Notes under the pieces: generated by a model
Told to the model about the DNA's origin: nothing
The model's input: only the letters and a program-made list of their open reading frames with translations
The model's database searches: none
Translations under genes and position numbers: made by a program
IMG/VR virus record: IMGVR_UViG_3300022902_000006
From: a virus
DNA length: 64,000 nucleotides
Strand: one strand, 5' to 3'
In this document: in pieces, positions 27,124-35,276 of the stretch
How the letters are laid out: the number at the start of each line of letters is the position of its first letter
Numbering within the stretch: the first letter of the stretch is position 1

Positions 27124-27774
27124 ATGACCCCCGAAGAAGCGTACCACCAGTTAATGGCAAAACTCTCCGCGTGCTCTGCACAGGAGAAGACTGCCTCCGT
27201 GACCCCCACGGATGCCGCCCTGCTCCAGAAAACTGCAGCGGATGTGGACGCGTTCGAGACTTTCATGAAAATCGCCTTGTCCTGGCGCGGTGTGAAGGAT
27301 GTTGCCCGTATCGCAGTACCAACTGCGATAGGTGCAGGTGGGGTCGCAACGGGTGGTGTTTACCTGGCGGGCCAGAACCTCATCAACAACGCAGACGCCA
27401 AAGCAAAGGCGCGCATTGAGGAGATGCGTGCGAAAGCATCCAAGGTTGCACTTGGTGCAACTGTAGCGGGGGCCACGCTGCTCGGCCTGCACCACTACCT
27501 CTCCAAGGACCGAGAACGGGCGCTGCTCCCTGGACGCCGCCCTGCACCACGCCGCCGCCCTGCACCACGCCGCCTCGCACCGATGATGCCCACTTACAGG
27601 GGCTACGCATCGAAGTTCGGCTCCGCATTCAACCCAGCAGAAGCCGAGACCCTCGAAAAGATAGGGACGGTTGTGTACCTGGAAGTGATGCTGCAAAAAA
27701 CAGCACACAGTGATACACTGCGTCTACTCAACGCAGAACACGGATCATCACTACTCCAAGAGCTACTGCCGTGA
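27124..27774 (+). CDS. putative internal head protein with two Gly-rich hydrophobic segments
   Basis: EKTA, QKTA twice, KIA; AIGAGGVATGG and ALGATVAGATLLG. Confidence 0.65.
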   Translation: MTPEEAYHQLMAKLSACSAQEKTASVTPTDAALLQKTAADVDAFETFMKIALSWRGVKDVARIAVPTAIGAGGVATGGVYLAGQNLINNADAKAKARIEEMRAKASKVALGATVAGATLLGLHHYLSKDRERALLPGRRPAPRRRPAPRRLAPMMPTYRGYASKFGSAFNPAEAETLEKIGTVVYLEVMLQKTAHSDTLRLLNAEHGSSLLQELLP

Positions 27775-29735
27775 CCCACGACCCCACTGACCGCCTCAAG
27801 ATAATCAACCTGGGTGAACGTTTTGAACACACAGGTGAGCCCACTGTACAGCCAGTGGTGCTCTGGGGTTTACGCGGTAAACCATGCTTCGAAAAAGTGT
27901 CCGCAGAGCTTCAGGGGAGCCCCGCCCTGGAGTACGCACGCAGCATCGAACCCGTACCCGGGAAAACGATATCCCTGATCATCGGGCTGGGTAGTTTTGA
28001 ATTTTACGGCCTGAACCGCAACGGTGATGGGTTCAACGAACAACCCTACCGCGTCGGGCAGCAGCCAACCTGCGGGTGCTGTACTGATAAGACGCGCACC
28101 GCGTGGATTGAGGAAGCTGAGTGCACCACCCACCACTACCAGAGCTACGAAAACGGTGCGGTGTTTCGCCACCACGTCAATAAGGACCGGAAGAAGGCTG
28201 TTGGGCACATCCTCAAAGCGTTCTGGAATCCCATCATGCACCGTGTCGAGGTCATCGAAGACCTGAACAACGCCAAGGCTCCCGACCTCGCAACACGGAT
28301 AGGGGACGGGGAATTCCCTGCCAAGAGCATGGGGTGCCGCATCAAGTTCGATGTCTGCACCAAGTGTGGCCATCGCGCCCCAACCAGGAAACAATACTGC
28401 GACCACCTCAAGTGGGAAATGGGACACCTGGACCAAGCGACAGGTATTCGCTACGGCGCCCTCAACCCTGCCCCCAACTTCTTCGACAGTTCCTGGGTTT
28501 TCCGCCCCGCTGACCGCACAGGTTGGATGCTCAAAAAAGTCGCAGAACACGCGTACGAACTACAGGGCTCCAGTATCCTGGGCGAGCGTGTCGAAGACCT
28601 GAATCACAAAGCTGCGGCTGCGCAGAAGCTGGCCGTCATCGACAAAATCGTACAGGGGTACCCCGCCGCTGCATTCCCCGATGACGCCGACGCACCCCTC
28701 ATCGAGCGCTTCTGCCAGACAACGCTACCCACCATGGTAGAGAACACCGAAGAACTAACCACGGAAGATATGTCGCAGTTGAACCCAACTGACGACATCG
28801 CTGACGTACTCGCGTCTTTGGCTGAAGAAGGCATCACCCTCACTACCCCTGAATTCATTCGTCTGTTCGTATCACGCATGGCACCAGGTGTTGAAGTTCC
28901 TCCCGCCATCATGCCATACGCAGTTATCCTACAGTCGGAGTTGTTCGACCTTCTACGGCAACACCCCTCTCTGGTTGAAGAGGTGGTTACTCCTCTGACC
29001 AAGGAAAAACCACAACGCATCAAAATCCCAGAACCCATTCTGGAGAAGCGCTCATTCATCGGTGAATATCTACAACGCCGCCTGGCACCCACCATGCTGC
29101 AAGGCAACGCCGCTCCTACCACCGACCTCCTGCACGTACTCCCTTCACAGGGTCAAGACGGCTTCAAAACCACGCGAGGCGCTGCACAAGGAACACAGGA
29201 TGCCATCGCAGAAGCGAAGCTCAAGCAGGGTGTAGTCGCGGGCCTCCTGAGCAGCGTTGGCCTGGGCGTAGCTGGTCTCGTAGCCAAGAAAGCCCCTGGT
29301 GCACAAAAGTGGCTCGCTCTGGCCCCACTCGCAGGTGGGCTGGGCCTCGGGGGATACTACGGGGCAGAGGCCCTGCGCCCTGTGAAAATGAGGCGCACTA
29401 CAGAAGGTGGTCTGATCCCCGCACGAACCCCCATGAAAGAGTATCCACGCGCCGATGTTGAAGAGAGCGCACTCATGGAAGCAACGAAACGAAGTGGTTT
29501 GAGCCACCGCGTAAAGTCTGGGTCTGTCATTGCGCACTTGCGCAAGTACAGCGCAGCACAGCACCCCATGGCGCTGTTTGTTACAAAGCACGCCAGTCAC
29601 GGCGCCCAGTGCTCACACCTGTCTCTCGCAGCCATCGCACACGCACTCGAAAAGCGCGCATCTGCGGGCATATTTGAAGAGCCAATTGACCTAGACAAAG
29701 TAGCCGATTTGGTCGGATGCCTCATATGGGCGTAA
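27771..29735 (+). CDS. prohead (maturation) protease, HK97/assemblin-like fold, with KxA-rich C-terminal extension
   Basis: NRNGDGF, FRHHVNKD (His), SMGC (Ser nucleophile) followed by CTKCG..CDH, NPAPNFFDSSWVFRPAD; located upstream of scaffold/capsid genes. Confidence 0.75.
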   Translation: MTHDPTDRLKIINLGERFEHTGEPTVQPVVLWGLRGKPCFEKVSAELQGSPALEYARSIEPVPGKTISLIIGLGSFEFYGLNRNGDGFNEQPYRVGQQPTCGCCTDKTRTAWIEEAECTTHHYQSYENGAVFRHHVNKDRKKAVGHILKAFWNPIMHRVEVIEDLNNAKAPDLATRIGDGEFPAKSMGCRIKFDVCTKCGHRAPTRKQYCDHLKWEMGHLDQATGIRYGALNPAPNFFDSSWVFRPADRTGWMLKKVAEHAYELQGSSILGERVEDLNHKAAAAQKLAVIDKIVQGYPAAAFPDDADAPLIERFCQTTLPTMVENTEELTTEDMSQLNPTDDIADVLASLAEEGITLTTPEFIRLFVSRMAPGVEVPPAIMPYAVILQSELFDLLRQHPSLVEEVVTPLTKEKPQRIKIPEPILEKRSFIGEYLQRRLAPTMLQGNAAPTTDLLHVLPSQGQDGFKTTRGAAQGTQDAIAEAKLKQGVVAGLLSSVGLGVAGLVAKKAPGAQKWLALAPLAGGLGLGGYYGAEALRPVKMRRTTEGGLIPARTPMKEYPRADVEESALMEATKRSGLSHRVKSGSVIAHLRKYSAAQHPMALFVTKHASHGAQCSHLSLAAIAHALEKRASAGIFEEPIDLDKVADLVGCLIWA

Positions 29736-29741
29736 TCTGAC

Positions 29742-29770
29742 TTGTTTTTAGAAAACCTTCGACCTATGAT
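29742..29770 (+). promoter_or_regulatory. sigma70-like promoter TTGTTT-N17-TATGAT
   Basis: GACC before the -10 box, as at 14033 and 18982. Confidence 0.55.
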
Positions 29771-29808
29771 TGAGAAGAAATTCGCCGACACCCAGTGAGG
29801 CCAACGAC

Positions 29809-30429
29809 ATGGAACTCAAAGACATCCTGAACCGCCTGGACAAGACCACGCAAGCCAACGAAGGTGGCGTGAAAACTGCCGGTGCCCAGCCCACCACCCC
29901 CATCGCTCCCGACGCATTGCGCGATGCGGTGCGCAACGCCTCCGGTGACGGTGAGACCAAAGTGGCCTCTGCACCAGAAGAGGACACCAGCGCACAGCTC
30001 CTCAAGATGGCGTCCGACCTGGCCAGCGCAGAAGACCAAGCGCTCACCAAGCGGGCCTCCGTGCTCGGCGCCGCCATGTGTGATGGCTTCATGACCCGCT
30101 TCGCCTCCTACGAGGAGGCCGCAGGCGCCGTCGCCCCGCAGGCGGAAAAGGTCGCCGCCGCGCAGGAGTACCACGGCGACATCACCGTGGACATGATCAA
30201 GCAGGCCGCAGCGAGCCCGGACTTCACCAAGTTCGCGGAGGACAACCCGCAGCTCGTGAAGGAAGCCTTTGACCTGGGCTACCAGCAGACCCTGGGTGCG
30301 ATGGAGAAGCAAGCCGCCGCCGAGTACGAGCAGGGCTACAACGAGACCATGGCCACCGTGCACAAGATCGCCGCCGAGTGCTACATCCAGGGTGAGACCA
30401 AGATCGCCCAGATTCTGGCCGCAGGTTAG
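29809..30429 (+). CDS. putative scaffold/core protein, KxA-rich
   Basis: 11 of 13 lysines in K-x-A; repeated [FY]xxG..[TA].. helix before KxA; strong GC3 bias. Confidence 0.7.
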   Translation: MELKDILNRLDKTTQANEGGVKTAGAQPTTPIAPDALRDAVRNASGDGETKVASAPEEDTSAQLLKMASDLASAEDQALTKRASVLGAAMCDGFMTRFASYEEAAGAVAPQAEKVAAAQEYHGDITVDMIKQAAASPDFTKFAEDNPQLVKEAFDLGYQQTLGAMEKQAAAEYEQGYNETMATVHKIAAECYIQGETKIAQILAAG

Positions 30430-30440
30430 CCCCGACGGGC

Positions 30441-31058
30441 ATGCGCTACGACGCCGCCACATTCGCGCTGTACGACGAGGTCTTCGCTGAAACGCTGGGC
30501 TTCGTGAAACGTGCTGGTCTGTTCGGCACCCTGGGAACGAAGTTCAAGGACTTCGTAACCGGGAGTCGGCGTGCTGAACAAGCGACTGCCACCCTGAATG
30601 CCACCGAAGCAGCGCGCGCCAGAGCGGTCCAAGAAGCAGCGGCGTTACGCGCCCGCATGCCCTCGGGCAACTTCAGCACTTTCGAAGACGCGGCACACAG
30701 TGCCCAGCAAGCGGAGATGCGTGCAGGTGCGGCAGAGGCTGCGGCTATCGAACGGCAACGTCTCGCTGAGGAAGCTGCTACTGTTGCACAACAAGGTGCA
30801 CGCCGTAACAAGCGCCTCGCCATCGGCGGGGGAGTAGTAGGCGCGACCGGGCTAACCGCTGCTGGAGCTGGCATCCCCATGGCATACGACAAGGGAGTTG
30901 ACCAGGGGCAAGAGCACCAGACGCGCACGCGAAACCTTGCCTTCGGGTCGGGCATCGTAGCCGGGACCACCGCACCAAACATCATCCGTGGCCTGGGTGG
31001 CATCGCCAGGTCTGCTGGACGCACGGGATTGTTCCCCGAGTTCCAAGGGCTCCGCTGA
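30441..31058 (+). CDS. glycine-zipper/coiled-coil putative head protein
   Basis: FVKRAG; Ala-rich coil; IGGGVVGATGLTAAGAG. Confidence 0.65.
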   Translation: MRYDAATFALYDEVFAETLGFVKRAGLFGTLGTKFKDFVTGSRRAEQATATLNATEAARARAVQEAAALRARMPSGNFSTFEDAAHSAQQAEMRAGAAEAAAIERQRLAEEAATVAQQGARRNKRLAIGGGVVGATGLTAAGAGIPMAYDKGVDQGQEHQTRTRNLAFGSGIVAGTTAPNIIRGLGGIARSAGRTGLFPEFQGLR

Positions 31059-31059
31059 A

Positions 31060-31293
31060 ATGAAACAAGTACCCAGCATAGCGCAGATCGCTGCTGACAT
31101 TCTGCGAGAGGTGGACGCCGAGCGGCAGACCAAGGTCGCTGCGGCCCAGCTTGCTGGTCCCACGGCCTCTCCTGTCCCGCACTCAGAGGTTGCGCGGGGC
31201 CTGAACAAGATCGCACACCGTCTCCGCGAGCTGCCAACAGAGCCCGTCGTCACCATGACTGACATCCACAACTTCATGGGGAGGGTGGGATGA
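31060..31293 (+). CDS. small KxA protein
   Basis: MKQVPSIAQ start; TKVA, NKIA. Confidence 0.6.
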   Translation: MKQVPSIAQIAADILREVDAERQTKVAAAQLAGPTASPVPHSEVARGLNKIAHRLRELPTEPVVTMTDIHNFMGRVG

Positions 31294-31445
31294 TCGACAA
31301 GACCGCCGAGGGGCTGCGCAAACTCGCAGCAAAACTGCGCGAAGAGGCTGACCTCCGTGACGCCGCGCACACCGTAAAGTGTGCGCAGGTAATCCGGGGA
31401 GCTACCTCGCTGTACCAACTCAAAAAGAAGCTGGGAGTGTCCTGA
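31290..31445 (+). CDS. 51-aa KxA protein (not in the ORF track)
   Basis: MIDKTAEGLRKLAAKLREE...VKCA; overlaps neighbours at both ends (ATGA, TGATG). Confidence 0.6.
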   Translation: MIDKTAEGLRKLAAKLREEADLRDAAHTVKCAQVIRGATSLYQLKKKLGVS

Positions 31446-31816
31446 TGACCAACTCACAACTACTCCGCGACACAGCCGACGTGCTGGAGAAGGTCGCCGA
31501 GCACATGGATCAACAAGCATCCGTGGTGGACTCCGAACGCGCCGCCGCACATGCCGCGCAGGTCTCCGAGCTGTCCACCAAGGTTGGGTCCAAGGTTGAC
31601 GTCGACGACGCCACCCTGGGCCGCATCGCCGAAGACCCCGCCCTGGTGGAGATCGTCACCAAGCTGGCATCAGACAGCGACGCACCCCCCGACGACATGG
31701 GTGAGGGCCACGACCTGGATGAGGGCAACACCGCCACAAGGACCAAGACGGGTTCTGCACAGGGAGAAATGGCTCCCGAGGACGCCCGGCTCTTGGCCTG
31801 GGTCAACGGCGACTGA
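31445..31816 (+). CDS. putative scaffolding protein
   Basis: Acidic helical protein with EKVA, TKLA, directly upstream of decoration/capsid genes. Confidence 0.55.
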   Translation: MTNSQLLRDTADVLEKVAEHMDQQASVVDSERAAAHAAQVSELSTKVGSKVDVDDATLGRIAEDPALVEIVTKLASDSDAPPDDMGEGHDLDEGNTATRTKTGSAQGEMAPEDARLLAWVNGD

Positions 31817-31876
31817 AAAAGATCGACGACGAGGAACACCACCTCTTAGCAAGCTACACGCAAAAGGAGCATTGAA

Positions 31877-32332
31877 ATGTCCGTACTCGCATCCAAGTTC
31901 GACATCACCAGAGGGTACCCCAACGGCGCCCTGGAAGAGGACTTCCCGATCAAGAAGACCGGCACCACCTACGAGACCATTCCCGCTGGTCACCTCGTGG
32001 TCCCGGAGGCCGACGCCGCTGGCGCAGCCGTCATCAGCGCGGGCACCACGCCCGACACGTCCCAGACCGACAACGCCCCAGTGTGGCTGGTGGTCGAGGG
32101 CAACGACGACTTCTCCGGGGACTACGTCAAGAAGGCGCACTGCCTGCGCCTGGGCTCGGGCCTCATCTGGGAGACCGATCAGTTCGCCGCCGGAACCTAC
32201 GCCGTGAGCACCCCCGTGTCGTTCAGCGCGGGCAAGATCAAGGTCAAGGGGTCCAACGAGCAGATCATCGGCTACGTGGTGGCGAACGAAGTCACCGCGC
32301 GTGGCGTCCTGCGCATCGCCGACACCGCGTAA
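31877..32332 (+). CDS. capsid decoration/stabiliser protein (putative)
   Basis: AAGGAG RBS; small beta-rich protein immediately before the capsid gene; strong GC3 bias. Confidence 0.6.
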   Translation: MSVLASKFDITRGYPNGALEEDFPIKKTGTTYETIPAGHLVVPEADAAGAAVISAGTTPDTSQTDNAPVWLVVEGNDDFSGDYVKKAHCLRLGSGLIWETDQFAAGTYAVSTPVSFSAGKIKVKGSNEQIIGYVVANEVTARGVLRIADTA

Positions 32333-32409
32333 GGAGTGGTGATTCCTCGTCGGTTGTACTAAGCTAAACACGAAACGCACCACGTAAACGGTTCTGGAGG
32401 ACCAAACAA

Positions 32410-33324
32410 ATGGAACAGTACGCCACGCAAGAAAGCGAAGTTGAAGCGCGGCTCGTCAACTCGAACTTCGTCAAGAAGATCGAGGAGGGGCGCACCAAAG
32501 AGGCCCAAGACGAGGGCTCCGCATTCATCCGCATGAAGGTCCGTCAGGAATCCTTCGCCCGCGAGATCATCCACCCCATCCTTCTGGAAGACGACCAGAT
32601 CGACCGGGACGAGAACTCCGACCAGCCCAAGAAGATCGTGGAGAAGGAGCCAGACAGCGTGGCCACCTTCGTGACCTTCCAGGGCACCGGGCGGCGTACC
32701 TGGTTCCGTGGCCTCCGCTTTGCGGTGAAGTTCGGGAAGACCGAATCCCAGCGCTTCACCAAGAACAAGTGGGAGCTGATGACGTACCAGAACGACATCC
32801 GCAAGATCCTCTCAGACAACTCGGTCAAGGACATGGCCGACCAGGAGGACACCCACTTCATCGGCACCATCGATGACCTGATCGCGCTGAACCTCGCGAC
32901 GCAGATGACCACGGCCACCGGCTTCAACTCCGCCAGCTTCAAGAAGGCGTTCCAGGCCATGGTGCGTCGTCGCCAGCCCATCGGCAAGATGCTGATGACC
33001 AAGGAGCTGTACTACGAGGCCCTGGACCTGCCCGCCACCTCCGTCGGCAACACGGTCGCCTCGCGGCACTACGACGAGGGCATCGAGGACGAGGACGTCC
33101 TGTGGGGTCTGCCGGTGGTGTCCACCATGAAGAGCGACGTCCTGAACCCCAAGAAGGCGTACGTCTTCGCCCCCGAGGAGTTCCTGGGCTGCTTCTTCCT
33201 GCTGCAGGACGCGACCCTGTACATCAAGCACGAGGCCGACATCATCGAGTTCTGGAGCTACGCGGCTCCGGGCATCGGCATCGGGAACACGCTGGCTTTC
33301 CAGGCCATCACCTTCCCGGCGTAA
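32410..33324 (+). CDS. major capsid protein (HK97-type)
   Basis: GGAGG RBS, extreme codon bias, position after protease/scaffold/decoration, downstream stem-loop. Confidence 0.8.
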   Translation: MEQYATQESEVEARLVNSNFVKKIEEGRTKEAQDEGSAFIRMKVRQESFAREIIHPILLEDDQIDRDENSDQPKKIVEKEPDSVATFVTFQGTGRRTWFRGLRFAVKFGKTESQRFTKNKWELMTYQNDIRKILSDNSVKDMADQEDTHFIGTIDDLIALNLATQMTTATGFNSASFKKAFQAMVRRRQPIGKMLMTKELYYEALDLPATSVGNTVASRHYDEGIEDEDVLWGLPVVSTMKSDVLNPKKAYVFAPEEFLGCFFLLQDATLYIKHEADIIEFWSYAAPGIGIGNTLAFQAITFPA

Positions 33325-33340
33325 GAACGGCTGCATCACT

Positions 33341-33378
33341 CCCAGGCCCCCGACTAATGAAACGGGGAGGGGCCTGGG
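33341..33378 (+). terminator. stem-loop after capsid gene (terminator or mRNA stabiliser)
   Basis: CCCAGGCCCC...GGGGCCTGGG 10-bp stem; weak U-tract. Confidence 0.5.
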
Positions 33379-33405
33379 CTGCTTGACTGCTACAAGGAGT
33401 ACGAC

Positions 33406-33807
33406 ATGACGAAAGTCCGTCTGACATGGTGTGGGCAGGGCGCTCTGGATCTTTCCCATCTCACCACCGACGAGGGGCTTCCCCTCATGTTCGCCGCCCC
33501 AGGGTGTACGGCAGTTGTGAGTACGGACACCACCAAGCACCCGCTTCTCTCCTCGTTCCTCAAGCCACTGGGGGATCTTCACAGCGTGGACGCCGAGTCC
33601 CCAGAAGAACCCCTCGTAGCCGCTCCATCCCCGGAACCACCTCCTCCAGAACCAGTACCGGAGAAGGAGTCAACACCCGCACCCGCCGTCGTATCTGAGC
33701 CGGAACCCGAGCCCGAGCCCGAGCCCGCCCCGGAACCCGACAAGCCTAAGCCGGGCCGAGGTCGGGGACGTGAGAGGGCAGGCGGTGAGAAAAAGAACGA
33801 CAAGTAG
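33406..33807 (+). CDS. hypothetical protein with Pro/Glu-rich C-terminus
   Basis: AAGGAG RBS; (EP)n repeats. Confidence 0.7.
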   Translation: MTKVRLTWCGQGALDLSHLTTDEGLPLMFAAPGCTAVVSTDTTKHPLLSSFLKPLGDLHSVDAESPEEPLVAAPSPEPPPPEPVPEKESTPAPAVVSEPEPEPEPEPAPEPDKPKPGRGRGRERAGGEKKNDK

Positions 33808-33847
33808 AGGGGCATCACGCACCTCAACCTCAACACCCGATTCACCC

Positions 33848-33883
33848 AAAGGCGCGTGCTGCTCTGCGGTGCGCGCTTTTTTT
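33848..33883 (+). terminator. intrinsic terminator
   Basis: GCGCG..CGCGC stem followed by T7. Confidence 0.65.
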
Positions 33884-33908
33884 ACATGACATTTACGCGG
33901 TAAATCAC

Positions 33909-34163
33909 ATGACAGAAAAAACAGATGAGACAGTAGATGTAACGGAAACCCACGACCTCAATATCGCAGCCTACATCAAGGAAGTGAAGGAGGTACCTAC
34001 AATGGGGCACGTAGTTCGGGACCGGAAAGTCTATATCCAGTTCGGACTATCTGCTGAGGTGTTTGCGGCACACCAGAACGACTACTGGAACTCGGTGCAC
34101 GCGAGGTGTGACAGCACACGGAAGAACTTCCTGCAGCTAACGAAGCGCGCCAAACATAGGTAA
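33909..34163 (+). CDS. small protein resembling DUF5659-type phage proteins
   Basis: THDLNIAAYI...KVYIQF pattern; preceded by the TTTAC-N3-GTAAA palindrome. Confidence 0.5.
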   Translation: MTEKTDETVDVTETHDLNIAAYIKEVKEVPTMGHVVRDRKVYIQFGLSAEVFAAHQNDYWNSVHARCDSTRKNFLQLTKRAKHR

Positions 34164-34168
34164 AACCA

Positions 34169-34561
34169 ATGCTGTTATCAGCGGTACCCGCCCAACCCAA
34201 CGAATTCCTAGCGGTGTCGTGCCTGAGTGCTGACGCAGTAGGGGACGTCGTCTACTTCACAGGGGTGGACGCAGTGGCGCGAGTGGTCATGACCGACCGC
34301 ACAAAGGGACCCGGCGTAGGGATCATCATCAAAAAACGCGGCGCTACTTCTGCCGTAGTCCAGACACGCGGAATAGTACGCAACGTCTACGCGGGTCTGC
34401 CCACACGTAGTACCCTCTTCGTCTCCGACGATGGTGGACTCACCGCACTGGTGCCCTCGTTTCCTTCTACCGGAATACGCTACATTCACCGCTTCGCAAA
34501 AACAATAAATCCGACTACATTACTGTTGTTGCACGAAACGCCTATTGTTTTAAACGCGTAA
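34169..34561 (+). CDS. capsid cement/head-fibre base domain protein (DUF2190-like)
   Basis: VGDVVY..VGII..VQTRG..TLFVSDDGGLT pattern, similar to the C-terminus of 35277..36923. Confidence 0.45.
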   Translation: MLLSAVPAQPNEFLAVSCLSADAVGDVVYFTGVDAVARVVMTDRTKGPGVGIIIKKRGATSAVVQTRGIVRNVYAGLPTRSTLFVSDDGGLTALVPSFPSTGIRYIHRFAKTINPTTLLLLHETPIVLNA

Positions 34562-34567
34562 TACCTT

Positions 34568-34634
34568 TTCGACTACTCGGAAGATAGTGCTCACGCGGTG
34601 GTGAGCGGTGCACAACGGGTAGTCGAATTTTTTT
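34568..34634 (+). terminator. long stem-loop with U-tract
   Basis: TTCGACTACTCG/CGGGTAGTCGAA outer stem, GCTCAC/GTGAGC inner stem, T7. Confidence 0.6.
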
Positions 34635-34661
34635 CTACACCACACCACAAGGAGCAGTGCC

Positions 34662-35210
34662 ATGCCCAACACCAACGCCCCCACCACACGAGCCCTCGAA
34701 GAAGACGTCGACGTCACCCCCGAGGTTGAGGAGGAGACTCCCAAGGAAGAAGAGCCCGTGGTTGAGGAGGAGACTCCCAAGGAAGAAGAGCCCGAGGTTG
34801 AGGGAGAGCCCGAGGTTGAGGGAGAGCCCGAGGTTGAGGGAGAGACCCATGCCGAAAAGGTAGCGCGCATGGTCAGCGGCGACACCATCGAGCTGCCCGA
34901 CGGTACCCCCGCCGTGAAGCTGTCCGACCTGGAATTGTGGGCCTTCCGTGCCAAGACCGCCGAGCGGGAGTCTGCGTTTCACACGCACACGATCGCAGTC
35001 CAGAAGCGGGACATTACGGACCTGCGTCACCGTCTCACCATGTCCGAGCAGGACAACCTCATCCTGCAAGCCAAGCACGCCGCCGAACAAAGCATCGCTG
35101 AAGAGGCTTCGTACACCCGGACACTGTGCGAGCGGTACAACCTCGAACCCACCAAGTTGGGTATTGACATCACATCCGGGTTGTTGCACGATCTTCGTAC
35201 TCAGAGTTAA
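34662..35210 (+). CDS. hypothetical protein with acidic tandem repeats
   Basis: AAGGAG RBS; EEETPKEEEP twice, EVEGEP about three times. Confidence 0.7.
   Translation: MPNTNAPTTRALEEDVDVTPEVEEETPKEEEPVVEEETPKEEEPEVEGEPEVEGEPEVEGETHAEKVARMVSGDTIELPDGTPAVKLSDLELWAFRAKTAERESAFHTHTIAVQKRDITDLRHRLTMSEQDNLILQAKHAAEQSIAEEASYTRTLCERYNLEPTKLGIDITSGLLHDLRTQS
34728..34846 (+). repeat. coding tandem repeats (30-bp core x2, 18-bp x3)
   Basis: gaggaggagactcccaaggaagaagagccc x2; gaggttgagggagagccc repeated. Confidence 0.8.
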
Positions 35211-35276
35211 AGGGTACGCAGTACCCCCACCACCGCTAACTCTACACGGAAACCATCAGCAAGGAGAGTTAGCCTC

